Below are positions 35,827 to 45,626 of a stretch of 64,000 bases of DNA, piece by piece. The notes under the pieces were generated by a model. That model was not told where the DNA came from and did no database searches. It was given only the letters and a program-made list of their open reading frames with translations. Source of the DNA: an uncultured virus (IMG/VR IMGVR_UViG_3300020187_000012) (taxonomy: Duplodnaviria; Heunggongvirae; Uroviricota; Caudoviricetes); IMG/VR virus record IMGVR_UViG_3300020187_000012, positions 1-64,000 of that record; one strand, given 5' to 3'. Made by a program: the position numbers and the translations under genes. Within the stretch, counting starts at the first letter, position 1. Every line of letters starts with the position of its first letter.

Positions 35827-37131
35827 ATGTTAAATCAACAAAATAAAGATGTATTATTAAACTCACAGATTGGGTTTGAATTTGAATTCTATTCTAATAC
35901 ATCTGTAGAAGAGACTGCTAAATCGGTTGAGCAACTATTAAATCGTAAGATCCAAATAGAAGAAAAAGCTCATTCCGATTTTCAGCCTTCTGATAAAGTC
36001 TTTAAAATGGAACCTGATATGTCAGGTGGTGCTGGTCTAATTGAATTAGTCACAGGCCCTTTACCATATACGGATGCCAGGCTTATTGCTATTAAAATGC
36101 TTAAGTGGATTGATGATAATGGTTCAACAAACGATCGTTGTGGATTACACTTAAACATATCATTCCAAAACGGAACATACGGTAAATACTTTATTACTCA
36201 TATGAATACACTTAAGTTTGTATTAGAGTTTAAAGAAGATCAAGTATATAAATATTTTCCACAGAGAGAGGATTTAGTTTACGCTAAATCAATCAAGTAT
36301 ATCTTACCTAAAAACGGAATGTTCCACTTTGATGAACGTACTGTTAATAAATCTCAATTTAATTATCCCAATACCAAATACTATGGTGTTAACTTCTTAA
36401 AGCAGGAGATGGGTTATTTAGAATTTAGATACCTTGGCGGTAAAGATTACCAAAAGCGTACTAATGATATTTTGCATTTAATGGATGGTTGGATTACACA
36501 ATTACATAAAATTTGTAGTGAACCCGGACTTAATGAGCTGAATAGATTAGAGTTAAGAAGAATTATGCGTGAGATAGGTCCTGTAATAAGCCTGTATCGC
36601 GACCACAGGAACTTTAAAAAGTTTAAAGATATAACCTTTACATTTGACCTAAGCGAGGATGGTGGCAATCGAGGTGAGACTATTGACATGTATTGGGATC
36701 AAATAAAAGATAGAGTTATTAAACTCATTTCTGAAGGTGGTTTAGTTAAGGGTCATATCAACTACGATACTGATAGGTCTAAGGTTCAAATTAAAGATGG
36801 TGTATTTAAAGGTGCACATGATTTAGAACATTACGAAATGGTTAACTGTGAAATTGCAGGTGAAATTAGGTACAGTGATTTTTATAACTGCAAAATTAAA
36901 GGGTCTGACCTTGACGGTTGTAACTTATATCAAGGTACTAAATTAACTGATTCAAAAATTAAATCATCATACGTACACCAAAGCTGTGAAGCAAAAGATT
37001 CATATGTATTTGGTAGAGATAGTGTATTTAAGGGTAAAATGATAGGTGGTATTTTTAGGGAAGGTAACTATTCTGAAAGCACTGCTGAATTTGATGGTAC
37101 TGAAATTGTACAGTCAACAAAAATAAAATAA
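35827..37131 (+). CDS. Putative amidoligase (COOH-NH2 ligase)
   Basis: IGFEFE, IELVT, CGLHLNIS, KYYGVN, LEFRY; repetitive beta-helix-like C-terminus. Confidence 0.75.
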   Translation: MLNQQNKDVLLNSQIGFEFEFYSNTSVEETAKSVEQLLNRKIQIEEKAHSDFQPSDKVFKMEPDMSGGAGLIELVTGPLPYTDARLIAIKMLKWIDDNGSTNDRCGLHLNISFQNGTYGKYFITHMNTLKFVLEFKEDQVYKYFPQREDLVYAKSIKYILPKNGMFHFDERTVNKSQFNYPNTKYYGVNFLKQEMGYLEFRYLGGKDYQKRTNDILHLMDGWITQLHKICSEPGLNELNRLELRRIMREIGPVISLYRDHRNFKKFKDITFTFDLSEDGGNRGETIDMYWDQIKDRVIKLISEGGLVKGHINYDTDRSKVQIKDGVFKGAHDLEHYEMVNCEIAGEIRYSDFYNCKIKGSDLDGCNLYQGTKLTDSKIKSSYVHQSCEAKDSYVFGRDSVFKGKMIGGIFREGNYSESTAEFDGTEIVQSTKIK

Positions 37132-37135
37132 TAAA

Positions 37136-37993
37136 ATGAGTGATATTTTTACAGGTAATCTTGATGATCTAACAACACCGCCGGAATATGACGTAAATTG
37201 TTGGAACGACTTCATAAACGAAATCGGATCACATGTTACAGGTGCTTGTATGATTCCAATGAATCTACCGCAGTCGGAGGTTATCAATATTATTAAAAGA
37301 GCAAAAAAATGGTTTTATAAAAACTATGAATACTCTGTAGTTGAAAACTTCTTATACATTCCAAATGAAGTATTTAGTACTGAACAATTTAAAAAAAGGA
37401 GAGCTTTAACTTTACCCGATGGTAAAATTACTTTACCAGGTGGTGCCGTGGTGTCAACTGAGGGCGGTGAAGTATTCTCAGTATACGGTGTATTTGAAGC
37501 TGGTGCTGGTGGATTTGGTACTTCAATTACTTTTCAAGAGGGTGATTTTGATATGGAAAGAATGTTGTACGGTCAAATGTCCACGGGTGGCTCACAGGTT
37601 GCTAAGGGTATGGAAAACCTACAGTATTACGTTGTTAATCAAAGTGCTTTAGAATTAACTAAACAAATTTTAGATAATCCTATTTCATTCCACTACTCTC
37701 AATTAACACATGAAATTAAATTTACTGGACAAACACCTAAAAAAGATGTGTTCTTAGAAATATATGAAACTATTCCGGACTGTGCTTTATTTAATGATGA
37801 GATATTCTTTAGATATGTTGCAGCGAAGGTAATGATTTCACTAGGACAAAAATTAGCAATATTTGGTTACAACTTACCAGGTGACGTTACGATTAATGCT
37901 GACATTATTCAAGGTATGGGTACTGATGAATTAGATAAAGTTATTGAAGAAATTAAATCAGACGAAGGTACTGATTGGATGATGCATTCATAA
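37136..37993 (+). CDS. Neck protein, T4 gp13-like
   Basis: C-terminal GQKL..F..NLPGDVTINA..I...G..E...E matches the gp13 pattern. Confidence 0.65.
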   Translation: MSDIFTGNLDDLTTPPEYDVNCWNDFINEIGSHVTGACMIPMNLPQSEVINIIKRAKKWFYKNYEYSVVENFLYIPNEVFSTEQFKKRRALTLPDGKITLPGGAVVSTEGGEVFSVYGVFEAGAGGFGTSITFQEGDFDMERMLYGQMSTGGSQVAKGMENLQYYVVNQSALELTKQILDNPISFHYSQLTHEIKFTGQTPKKDVFLEIYETIPDCALFNDEIFFRYVAAKVMISLGQKLAIFGYNLPGDVTINADIIQGMGTDELDKVIEEIKSDEGTDWMMHS

Positions 37994-38013
37994 GTTAGAT
38001 ATATAATATTACT

Positions 38014-38370
38014 ATGGATTTTTACGTTAAAGCACCGGGTGACCCAAATTATGACCCATATCAGATACATTCTGAGAGTGAAGTTGCTCAGTTGATAGGT
38101 CAAATTGAAACAACATTATTCACAAATAGAGGTGATGTGTTAGGTGACCCTAATTTTGGTGTTAGTTTAGAAGACTTGGTGTATTCACTAGGTTATACTG
38201 AAGAGCAAATCCAAAAGATTATATACGACCAGTTTGATGCATACATCCCATTGGCACAAAAATATGATGTTAAAATTACAGTAGCCTTTTATAAAGGAGA
38301 AGTTAGAGACATCGCACAAATTGACATTACAATTGATTCTAAATATCAAGTTGGTGTTTACATAAATTAA
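38014..38370 (+). CDS. Baseplate wedge gp25-like protein
   Basis: TLFTNRGDVLGDPNFGVSL. Confidence 0.8.
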   Translation: MDFYVKAPGDPNYDPYQIHSESEVAQLIGQIETTLFTNRGDVLGDPNFGVSLEDLVYSLGYTEEQIQKIIYDQFDAYIPLAQKYDVKITVAFYKGEVRDIAQIDITIDSKYQVGVYIN

Positions 38371-38381
38371 GGAACCTAATA

Positions 38382-40211
38382 ATGGCTGAATTTAAATTTT
38401 TACAAGCTGCTAGAGTTAAAGCGTCGCAAATCAAAATTGATGCGCAGAAATATATTAGTAGAGTTTATGGTAGGGCTGGTAATTTATTTACAGCTGCTTC
38501 GCCATTTGCACAAATCATTCAAGTAATGTCGGAACTTACTGAAATGATTTTCTATTATGTTGAAGATGCTACAGTTGAGCAAAACATAATGACCGCACAA
38601 CAGCCTGAATCAATTTATGGTTTAGCAAGACTTACAGGTCACGATCCTTCAAGGGGTCTTTCGGCTATTGGTGAAATTGAAGTAAGATGGAAAGCAGGTG
38701 CTCAAAATGATATTGCGGGTAGTGCACTTTATATAAATGCAAATAGTCAAATCCGTTCAGACTTGAATGGACTTCCTTATTTATTACGTACATCTAATGA
38801 CATTATAACATTAAGCTCTTCTGATTTTAACTATATTAAAATTCCAATTATACAAGGTACTTTAGAGTCACAAACGCTTACTGGAACTGGAGAAGCTTTT
38901 CAGACTTTTAATATTCAAACTGGTGGTACAACAGCACATGATGAAATTACAGTAGCCGTAAATGGTGAAGCTTGGACTAAACACGATTCATTATATGATA
39001 TGAGTGGTGACACTAAAGGGGTGGTTGTTAAAACTGGTATTCTTGGTGGTATTGATTTATTCTTTGGTAATGGTAACTTTGGTGTGATTCCAGGGAATGG
39101 TGCTATTATCACAGTTGATTATATTAAGAATAAAGGTGCAGCGGGTAACTTAGGTGAATCTAAGGATGTTACGTTTAGCTTTGTAGACAAAGGGTTTGAT
39201 GGTCAATCAAACGAATATGATCTTAATGAATTTGTTGAAATTAAAGTTACGTCTTCCCCTAAATTAGGTGCAAATCAAGAAAGTATTGAGTTTACTAGAA
39301 TGATTGCACCGTTACAATCTAAATCATTTGTGTTAGCAACTCCTGATAATTACTTACACTTTATGTCTAAGTTTAACATGTTCTCACACATTGAAGCTTA
39401 CAATACAGCTGAGGACCAATACTTAGATGACGATAACGTTATTTATATGTTCTTATTACCAGATGTTTCTAAAAAATTATCGTCAGCTGAAGATTACTTT
39501 TCAGTTTCACCTGAAGAGTTTGTATTCTCTCAAGATGAATTAAATGCATTTAGAACAGCTATTGAAAACTCAGGCCAGCAAATGGTTACTTCTGAAGTTT
39601 CTTTTGTTGAGCCAAAGCAAAGACTTTATTCAATGAATATTTCGGTTAGACATTTTGAAGGTTTTGACGAAGTACAATTGATGAATAATATTAGAGCAAA
39701 GATATCTGAATATCTTCTTAAGATTACAAGAAGAGATAGATTACCTAAGTCTGATATTGTTGCAATTATAGAAAACATTGATGGTATTGATTCCGTGAAC
39801 GTGCAGTTCCTATCAAAGTCTCAAGAGGATGCTCTTAGAGATGGGTCATACACAGTTACACAGACTACCATCACCCCACAAACTCCAGTGCTTGAAGATA
39901 TTGGTAACGGTAAAAACCGTATGATGTTCTTTAAGAAAACGGTCACGTCTAAAACAGTTACATTTGATAAAGCTGATGGAATACCTGTCGATGTTAGAGA
40001 ACAAGTTACAGGCCTTGATGCATATGGTGATATTATTTTAGGAAAAGAAGAAATGGCTTTATTTAGAGGTGGTTGGTCTGACAGAACAGGTGGTATCGTT
40101 GCAGATGAACCAAAGATTGGTCAAATGGCGTCTTTATCGGTTGCATTCTCACAACCTGTACCTAGAACTGTTTATACTAAACTACAAGCGGCAAACAGAA
40201 AAGCAATATAA
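38382..40211 (+). CDS. Baseplate wedge gp6/J-like protein
   Basis: TAQQPESIYGLA..TG, FFGNGNFG..P, GANQESIE, LATPDNY. Confidence 0.8.
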   Translation: MAEFKFLQAARVKASQIKIDAQKYISRVYGRAGNLFTAASPFAQIIQVMSELTEMIFYYVEDATVEQNIMTAQQPESIYGLARLTGHDPSRGLSAIGEIEVRWKAGAQNDIAGSALYINANSQIRSDLNGLPYLLRTSNDIITLSSSDFNYIKIPIIQGTLESQTLTGTGEAFQTFNIQTGGTTAHDEITVAVNGEAWTKHDSLYDMSGDTKGVVVKTGILGGIDLFFGNGNFGVIPGNGAIITVDYIKNKGAAGNLGESKDVTFSFVDKGFDGQSNEYDLNEFVEIKVTSSPKLGANQESIEFTRMIAPLQSKSFVLATPDNYLHFMSKFNMFSHIEAYNTAEDQYLDDDNVIYMFLLPDVSKKLSSAEDYFSVSPEEFVFSQDELNAFRTAIENSGQQMVTSEVSFVEPKQRLYSMNISVRHFEGFDEVQLMNNIRAKISEYLLKITRRDRLPKSDIVAIIENIDGIDSVNVQFLSKSQEDALRDGSYTVTQTTITPQTPVLEDIGNGKNRMMFFKKTVTSKTVTFDKADGIPVDVREQVTGLDAYGDIILGKEEMALFRGGWSDRTGGIVADEPKIGQMASLSVAFSQPVPRTVYTKLQAANRKAI

Positions 40212-40480
40212 TGGGTTTATTTGACGGTTTATATAAGTATAAAATACAAAAGAAATATGATTTAGTAAAGTCGATGAACGACAAAAAACTAAATCAAGGG
40301 CGTGATTATTCAACTGATTTGTTGAAGAATTCATTATCTAAACATATTCAAAGAAACTCAACACTGAATACGTTTATTGAATTTATACAAGATACGTTTG
40401 TTGAAAATGTAAAAACGGTTTCTAAACTTAAAGTATGGAAAGCGTTTAGTGTTGATAAGGATAACTGGAGAATTAAATAA
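40211..40480 (+). CDS. Hypothetical structural-region protein
   Basis: Coupled on both sides. Confidence 0.65.
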   Translation: MGLFDGLYKYKIQKKYDLVKSMNDKKLNQGRDYSTDLLKNSLSKHIQRNSTLNTFIEFIQDTFVENVKTVSKLKVWKAFSVDKDNWRIK

Positions 40481-43152
40481 TGAAATACGCAGGTCTTAGA
40501 TTTTTTAATGGTAACAAGTCGGAGATTCAATTAGATTACGATGTAACTAATGAAATCTACACAGGGTCACTTCACTTAGATGAGGTGTCTACTGGTTTAT
40601 ATGAGACTGCTACAATCTTTTTATTAGAAGAAGCTATTAATCAATATGGTGCACCTATAATGGTTAAGCCTATTGCTAATACTGTAGGTTCTATGTTTAA
40701 GGTTGAATTTGTTAAAGACGATATGTCTTCAAATGATATCAATTTACTTAGTGCTTCAATGGAAGCTGACGGTGAAATTTATGTTAGTAAAGAAGATAAT
40801 CTTTTATTGGACCTTGAATCTAATGCTGTAATTACATCAACGTCTGACGGTATTCACACGGTTACAGGTGTTGCTTCTAAAGAGGCTGTTCAGTTTACTA
40901 TAGCATTACACTCTGATGTAGATGCAGGTCATTACAGGTACCTTAAAATATACGATGTAGCTAATAATCATGTAGTTGCAAATATTTATGTATACGGTGA
41001 GGCAGTTGGTGAAGATGAAAGGCTTGGTATCTTACTTTCTAACTTAGGTGCAACGCTTTCTACTAAAGACCAAAGCATTTTTAAAGAGCATGATATCAAT
41101 GAGGCCGGTACTGATTGGAAACTTATGAACAGAAAGCGTAAAGAGCTTTTACTTGAGTTGTCTAATATCAAACCATTCATTGGAACTTATAAAGCAATTA
41201 TTAATGCAATTAAATTCTTTGGTTATAACAACATTACTATTAAAGAATATTGGTTAATGATTGATGATCGTTCACCCATGTTTGGTAAAATGAAAGCTAT
41301 TGAGGTACCAAGTTCTAAAAAAGGATTTGTAAGTAAAAGGGCTAATGTTGCATTACCTTCATCTTCATATAAGAAAACATCTAGGTTTGGTTTATACTAT
41401 AAGTTAAATACACCAACTGGTACATTTGATGAATGGGACGAACCCGAGACTGAAGAAGTATTTGATTTTACACCTGAGGATGTCTTAATTAAATTATATG
41501 GCCTTAAGAATAAATTACAAAAAGAGTACTTACCACTACACGCTAGAATTGTTGATATTATTGGAGAGGGTGATTTCTTCTCTTCTTACAATACAAACTT
41601 TTGGAACAATCAAAATCCAATTACGGAAATTGTAGCAGGTATAGATGCTTCTATTAAAATTGAACAGGATAATCTTTTTATCGAAGACTTAACTAAAGTT
41701 TCAGATTTATTTACGGGACCATCACAAGACTTTTCTACTTTATCAATTGCTGATAAAGAAACATTATATAACGAGGTAACTGGGTTCTATGAAGATTATT
41801 ATAATTCCGATAGAAGTACGTTTTCATCTGACAATACTGATGTTGTTATTGGTGCACCCGTTCAATTAGAATGTACATCATTCCTTGAAACTTGGGACGA
41901 TGCTACATTTACTTGGGACGACGCCGGTACATCTATTAATTGGTTAAACTGGTGGAAGCAAAACATTTATGAACTTAAATGGTACATTACAGGTCCACGT
42001 AACTATTCACAAACTATTATTGGTGATGTTGATAATTACAGAAAGATTGTTTTAGCATTACCATACAGTGGAACATACAGCGTCGTCTTCGAACAGGTTG
42101 ATCTGTTTAATAACGTAATGACGGTTCGTGAACTTGATTCAATTGAAGTTAAAATGAAATCAGTTGAAGTATATGGAGTATACAGATGGAAAGATCAAAA
42201 CACATATAGTTGGGGTAAGTCAAACTTTAAATGGAGTAATGCCGGTGGTGATTGGGATTTCCCACAACAAAATAAAGATACTGTTGATGAAGAGATTGCA
42301 TCACTTTACTTATCACTTGATAGAGCTAATTATTTACATGACGAATCTAATGGTATTAACTTCTCTATGGTTAGAAGATATGCTGATAGTTCAACAACAA
42401 CAGGATATGCTGAAACTACAGGTCCTTACTTCTGGAGAAACTTAAAGCCACATACATGGAACGATGGTAAACACACATGGTGGGATTCAACGATTGTTGG
42501 CATGGACCAAACAGCTTCATTTAAGATTATAAAGGCAAAGGGTGGTGTAACAATGATTATAACTCATTTAGATGTCGCTACGAATGTTACATCTACTGGT
42601 GAATATACATTTACAAATACATTGTCTGATCCATTAGACTTGGCTGCATGGCAAACTGAGGTAGATGGCCTAAATAACTCAACTGATCCAATTATCAGTA
42701 AGTTTAACTATAACGGTATCTTTGAAGATATAGATAACGATGGCGCAGTTGATGAATGTAGAGGTATTCTAGCAGTAGGTAAAGCATACTCAAATAGATA
42801 TGACTTTGAAAGTGTTGAGTTTGATGTTTCAGTTGATGGTATTATTGAAGGTGAAACACACTATAAATCTAATAACCCAACATATAATGATCTTAGAATA
42901 GCTCAAGATCACGTAAATATTGAACTGTTAACACATATGACATTCTCGGCTGATAAGTCTAGGATGCCGGGTAAGTTATCTTATAATTGGAAACTTACAA
43001 ACAACAGCCAAAATGGCGACGATATATACTACAATAGTAAGTGGTTAACATACCTCTTTAATATAAAGGGTGATTACACTCTTGAGCTTGAGGTTCAGGA
43101 TGTTAACGGTAATACTAATAAGATAACTAAAAACGCTTTAACAATTAAATAA
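40480..43152 (+). CDS. Putative baseplate wedge protein with PKD/Ig-like segments
   Basis: IGTYKAIINAIKFFGY (gp7/tail-I-like); GDYTLELEVQDVNGN. Confidence 0.55.
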   Translation: MKYAGLRFFNGNKSEIQLDYDVTNEIYTGSLHLDEVSTGLYETATIFLLEEAINQYGAPIMVKPIANTVGSMFKVEFVKDDMSSNDINLLSASMEADGEIYVSKEDNLLLDLESNAVITSTSDGIHTVTGVASKEAVQFTIALHSDVDAGHYRYLKIYDVANNHVVANIYVYGEAVGEDERLGILLSNLGATLSTKDQSIFKEHDINEAGTDWKLMNRKRKELLLELSNIKPFIGTYKAIINAIKFFGYNNITIKEYWLMIDDRSPMFGKMKAIEVPSSKKGFVSKRANVALPSSSYKKTSRFGLYYKLNTPTGTFDEWDEPETEEVFDFTPEDVLIKLYGLKNKLQKEYLPLHARIVDIIGEGDFFSSYNTNFWNNQNPITEIVAGIDASIKIEQDNLFIEDLTKVSDLFTGPSQDFSTLSIADKETLYNEVTGFYEDYYNSDRSTFSSDNTDVVIGAPVQLECTSFLETWDDATFTWDDAGTSINWLNWWKQNIYELKWYITGPRNYSQTIIGDVDNYRKIVLALPYSGTYSVVFEQVDLFNNVMTVRELDSIEVKMKSVEVYGVYRWKDQNTYSWGKSNFKWSNAGGDWDFPQQNKDTVDEEIASLYLSLDRANYLHDESNGINFSMVRRYADSSTTTGYAETTGPYFWRNLKPHTWNDGKHTWWDSTIVGMDQTASFKIIKAKGGVTMIITHLDVATNVTSTGEYTFTNTLSDPLDLAAWQTEVDGLNNSTDPIISKFNYNGIFEDIDNDGAVDECRGILAVGKAYSNRYDFESVEFDVSVDGIIEGETHYKSNNPTYNDLRIAQDHVNIELLTHMTFSADKSRMPGKLSYNWKLTNNSQNGDDIYYNSKWLTYLFNIKGDYTLELEVQDVNGNTNKITKNALTIK

Positions 43153-43163
43153 AAACATAAAAA

Positions 43164-43721
43164 ATGGCAACCATTACAACAATTCAAGGTACGGACAGCC
43201 TTTCTGCTTCTAGACAAACACTTAATGACAACTTTTCAGCTATTGCAACTGATCTGAATGACATTGATGCTTTATTAAGTATTAACAATAGTACACTAGA
43301 TGTAACGTCTGCGACTATTGCTTCTGCAGCTATTGGTGGTAGTACTATTGCAACAACCGGTAATACTTTTGTAGCTAATTCTCAATTTGATGGCAAAGTA
43401 ACGCTTAACGGCGGTATTGTGTATGATACTGAAACAATAGGTGTGACAGGAATGCCAGACGCACTTGCATTTCAAAGTTCAACTTACATAATTGATTCAT
43501 CAGCGACACCTACAATTAATTTAAAAGCTGCAACAGACGGTCAAGAAATTACACTAATAGCATTTGGTGGCGCTGTTACTATTTCTAATGCAACTGACGT
43601 TGCAGGTGTGACAGCATCAATAAATATCTTACAAAACGGTACATTAACACTTAGATACATTAATACAGGTTCAACATCTAGCTGGTATATTATCAGCTCA
43701 TTCAACACATCAATTGTATAA
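43164..43721 (+). CDS. Putative tail fibre-associated protein
   Basis: MATITTIQGTDSLSASRQTLNDNF N-terminus; beta-rich. Confidence 0.55.
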   Translation: MATITTIQGTDSLSASRQTLNDNFSAIATDLNDIDALLSINNSTLDVTSATIASAAIGGSTIATTGNTFVANSQFDGKVTLNGGIVYDTETIGVTGMPDALAFQSSTYIIDSSATPTINLKAATDGQEITLIAFGGAVTISNATDVAGVTASINILQNGTLTLRYINTGSTSSWYIISSFNTSIV

Positions 43722-43741
43722 TAAAAAGATTTAAAAATTAA

Positions 43742-45625
43742 ATGGCTACACCATTAGTAAGAACTGTTCAAGATCAGGGTGGTACAATGTACACCTTTGC
43801 ATCAGCTGCTAGAGATTTAACTAGAGCACAGGGAGACCCAGACTTAAAGTTTGAGTTTTCTCATTATGCACTATTAGACCTACCAGAAGTAAATTCAAGT
43901 GCAACACGTAATTCTTTCAAATGGGATAGACTATATGAGGGTGCCGCATCATGGACTCCAAGTATTGATGATAATCAAAACTGGGCAACCGCGTTTCAAA
44001 ATTATGCACTTAACCTAGAAGAAATCATTAGAAATGATGATGACTTTGATCCTGTAATTTATCAAAGTGATGCCGAAAGACTTTTCTTTAAATTTCTATC
44101 AACAGTTGATGTTTTAAGAACTAGAACAGCAACATCTACTGAAGCTGTTTCATCTATCGGTAGATATACTGAACTAGATGACACAGCGGGTACCGGTGCT
44201 GATTATGAAAAAGTAATTAAATATGTTGGTACTGTTGATGTTATCAATGATAAAAATTACTCGGCAAACACATATCAAGAGGTATTTGTAAATGTACCTT
44301 CATCTGTTGGTTATACGCCAACCGTATTATTAAAAGAAGATACTTACAATACAACTAGTTTAACATTAACACCGGGTGGTACGATTGAAGGTAGATCAAC
44401 ACACCCTACTGGTTTAAGTATTGCATCACTACATGATATTGATGGTGTTAATCCAGTATATGATATTAATACAAATACAGCACCTGCGGTTGGTATTGAT
44501 TTTGATGAAGCAAACTACTATGCTGTAAATATTGACTCATCAATTAATACATTACATGACCTTTCACAAAAAGGTGGTAACTTTAAGTTTAACGCGGTAC
44601 TTGTTTACTATGATTTATATTCACAGTCAAATCCAGGTAACAGAGCTACAAACTTATATGGTGTTCTTTTATTAGACAACTTTACTGATGGTAATATTAG
44701 AGAGCTTATTAAGTATAAGCCAAACGCAATTACTGGTTTAAATGGTAATGCGTTCTCTTTAAAGCTAAACCTTAAATACAATACGTCTCTTGACAATGTT
44801 GGTGTTGAAAATACAATCAATGACTTTACAACATTCTCAATGGATCTTTTCTTTGATACAACTACTGTATTAGAGAATGCTACAAAACTATTACTACAAG
44901 CAAATTCAAGATATGACGGTATTGCTGATAGGTTAGATATCATGGAGAACATGATTCTATCTTCTGAGGATGCTCAAGAAATGTCTAATACAATAGCGGA
45001 CCTTGAAACACAAATACAAAATGCATCTTTAAATTACGCTGATGAAGCTTCACTGCTTGATATGATTACTGATATCAATAGAAGACTTAACAGTATTATT
45101 AATGGTACTATACCAACAGAAGTTCAATACAATACAAACGTTATCTTTGATGGCTTGGGTACTAAAGTTGATAAATCAACGCCTAATAAAATCAAAATCA
45201 ATAATGACGTTCAGGGTTACAGATTATTAAACATGCTTGAATGGAATAATGTTAATTTAGAATCAGGTAATAAACTAGTTGAATATGACGCATCTAATGC
45301 TTCAGCAACTGGCATTTACGTTAGACTTAAAGCATTTGAAAATATGGTAAGAGTGCCATTATCAAACGGAGTAGCTAATAATAATATAAATATATACATA
45401 GATGATAGTACGACATCATGGAAAGACGGTCAATCACTTAAGTTGGTTTTTGATAATACTCTAGACATGAACGACTATAACATCGTTTTTTATACAAACA
45501 AAAACAATGGTTGGAAACAGATTAAGCAAATTGCTAATACTGAACTAAGAGGTGGTAAACCTTACATTGAGCTTGTGTGTACAAACCAAGTAACATTAAC
45601 GTTCGTAGCAGACGTATTAAGATAA
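43742..45625 (+). CDS. Putative structural protein
   Basis: 627-aa ORF in the late operon. Confidence 0.55.
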   Translation: MATPLVRTVQDQGGTMYTFASAARDLTRAQGDPDLKFEFSHYALLDLPEVNSSATRNSFKWDRLYEGAASWTPSIDDNQNWATAFQNYALNLEEIIRNDDDFDPVIYQSDAERLFFKFLSTVDVLRTRTATSTEAVSSIGRYTELDDTAGTGADYEKVIKYVGTVDVINDKNYSANTYQEVFVNVPSSVGYTPTVLLKEDTYNTTSLTLTPGGTIEGRSTHPTGLSIASLHDIDGVNPVYDINTNTAPAVGIDFDEANYYAVNIDSSINTLHDLSQKGGNFKFNAVLVYYDLYSQSNPGNRATNLYGVLLLDNFTDGNIRELIKYKPNAITGLNGNAFSLKLNLKYNTSLDNVGVENTINDFTTFSMDLFFDTTTVLENATKLLLQANSRYDGIADRLDIMENMILSSEDAQEMSNTIADLETQIQNASLNYADEASLLDMITDINRRLNSIINGTIPTEVQYNTNVIFDGLGTKVDKSTPNKIKINNDVQGYRLLNMLEWNNVNLESGNKLVEYDASNASATGIYVRLKAFENMVRVPLSNGVANNNINIYIDDSTTSWKDGQSLKLVFDNTLDMNDYNIVFYTNKNNGWKQIKQIANTELRGGKPYIELVCTNQVTLTFVADVLR

Positions 45626-45626
45626 G

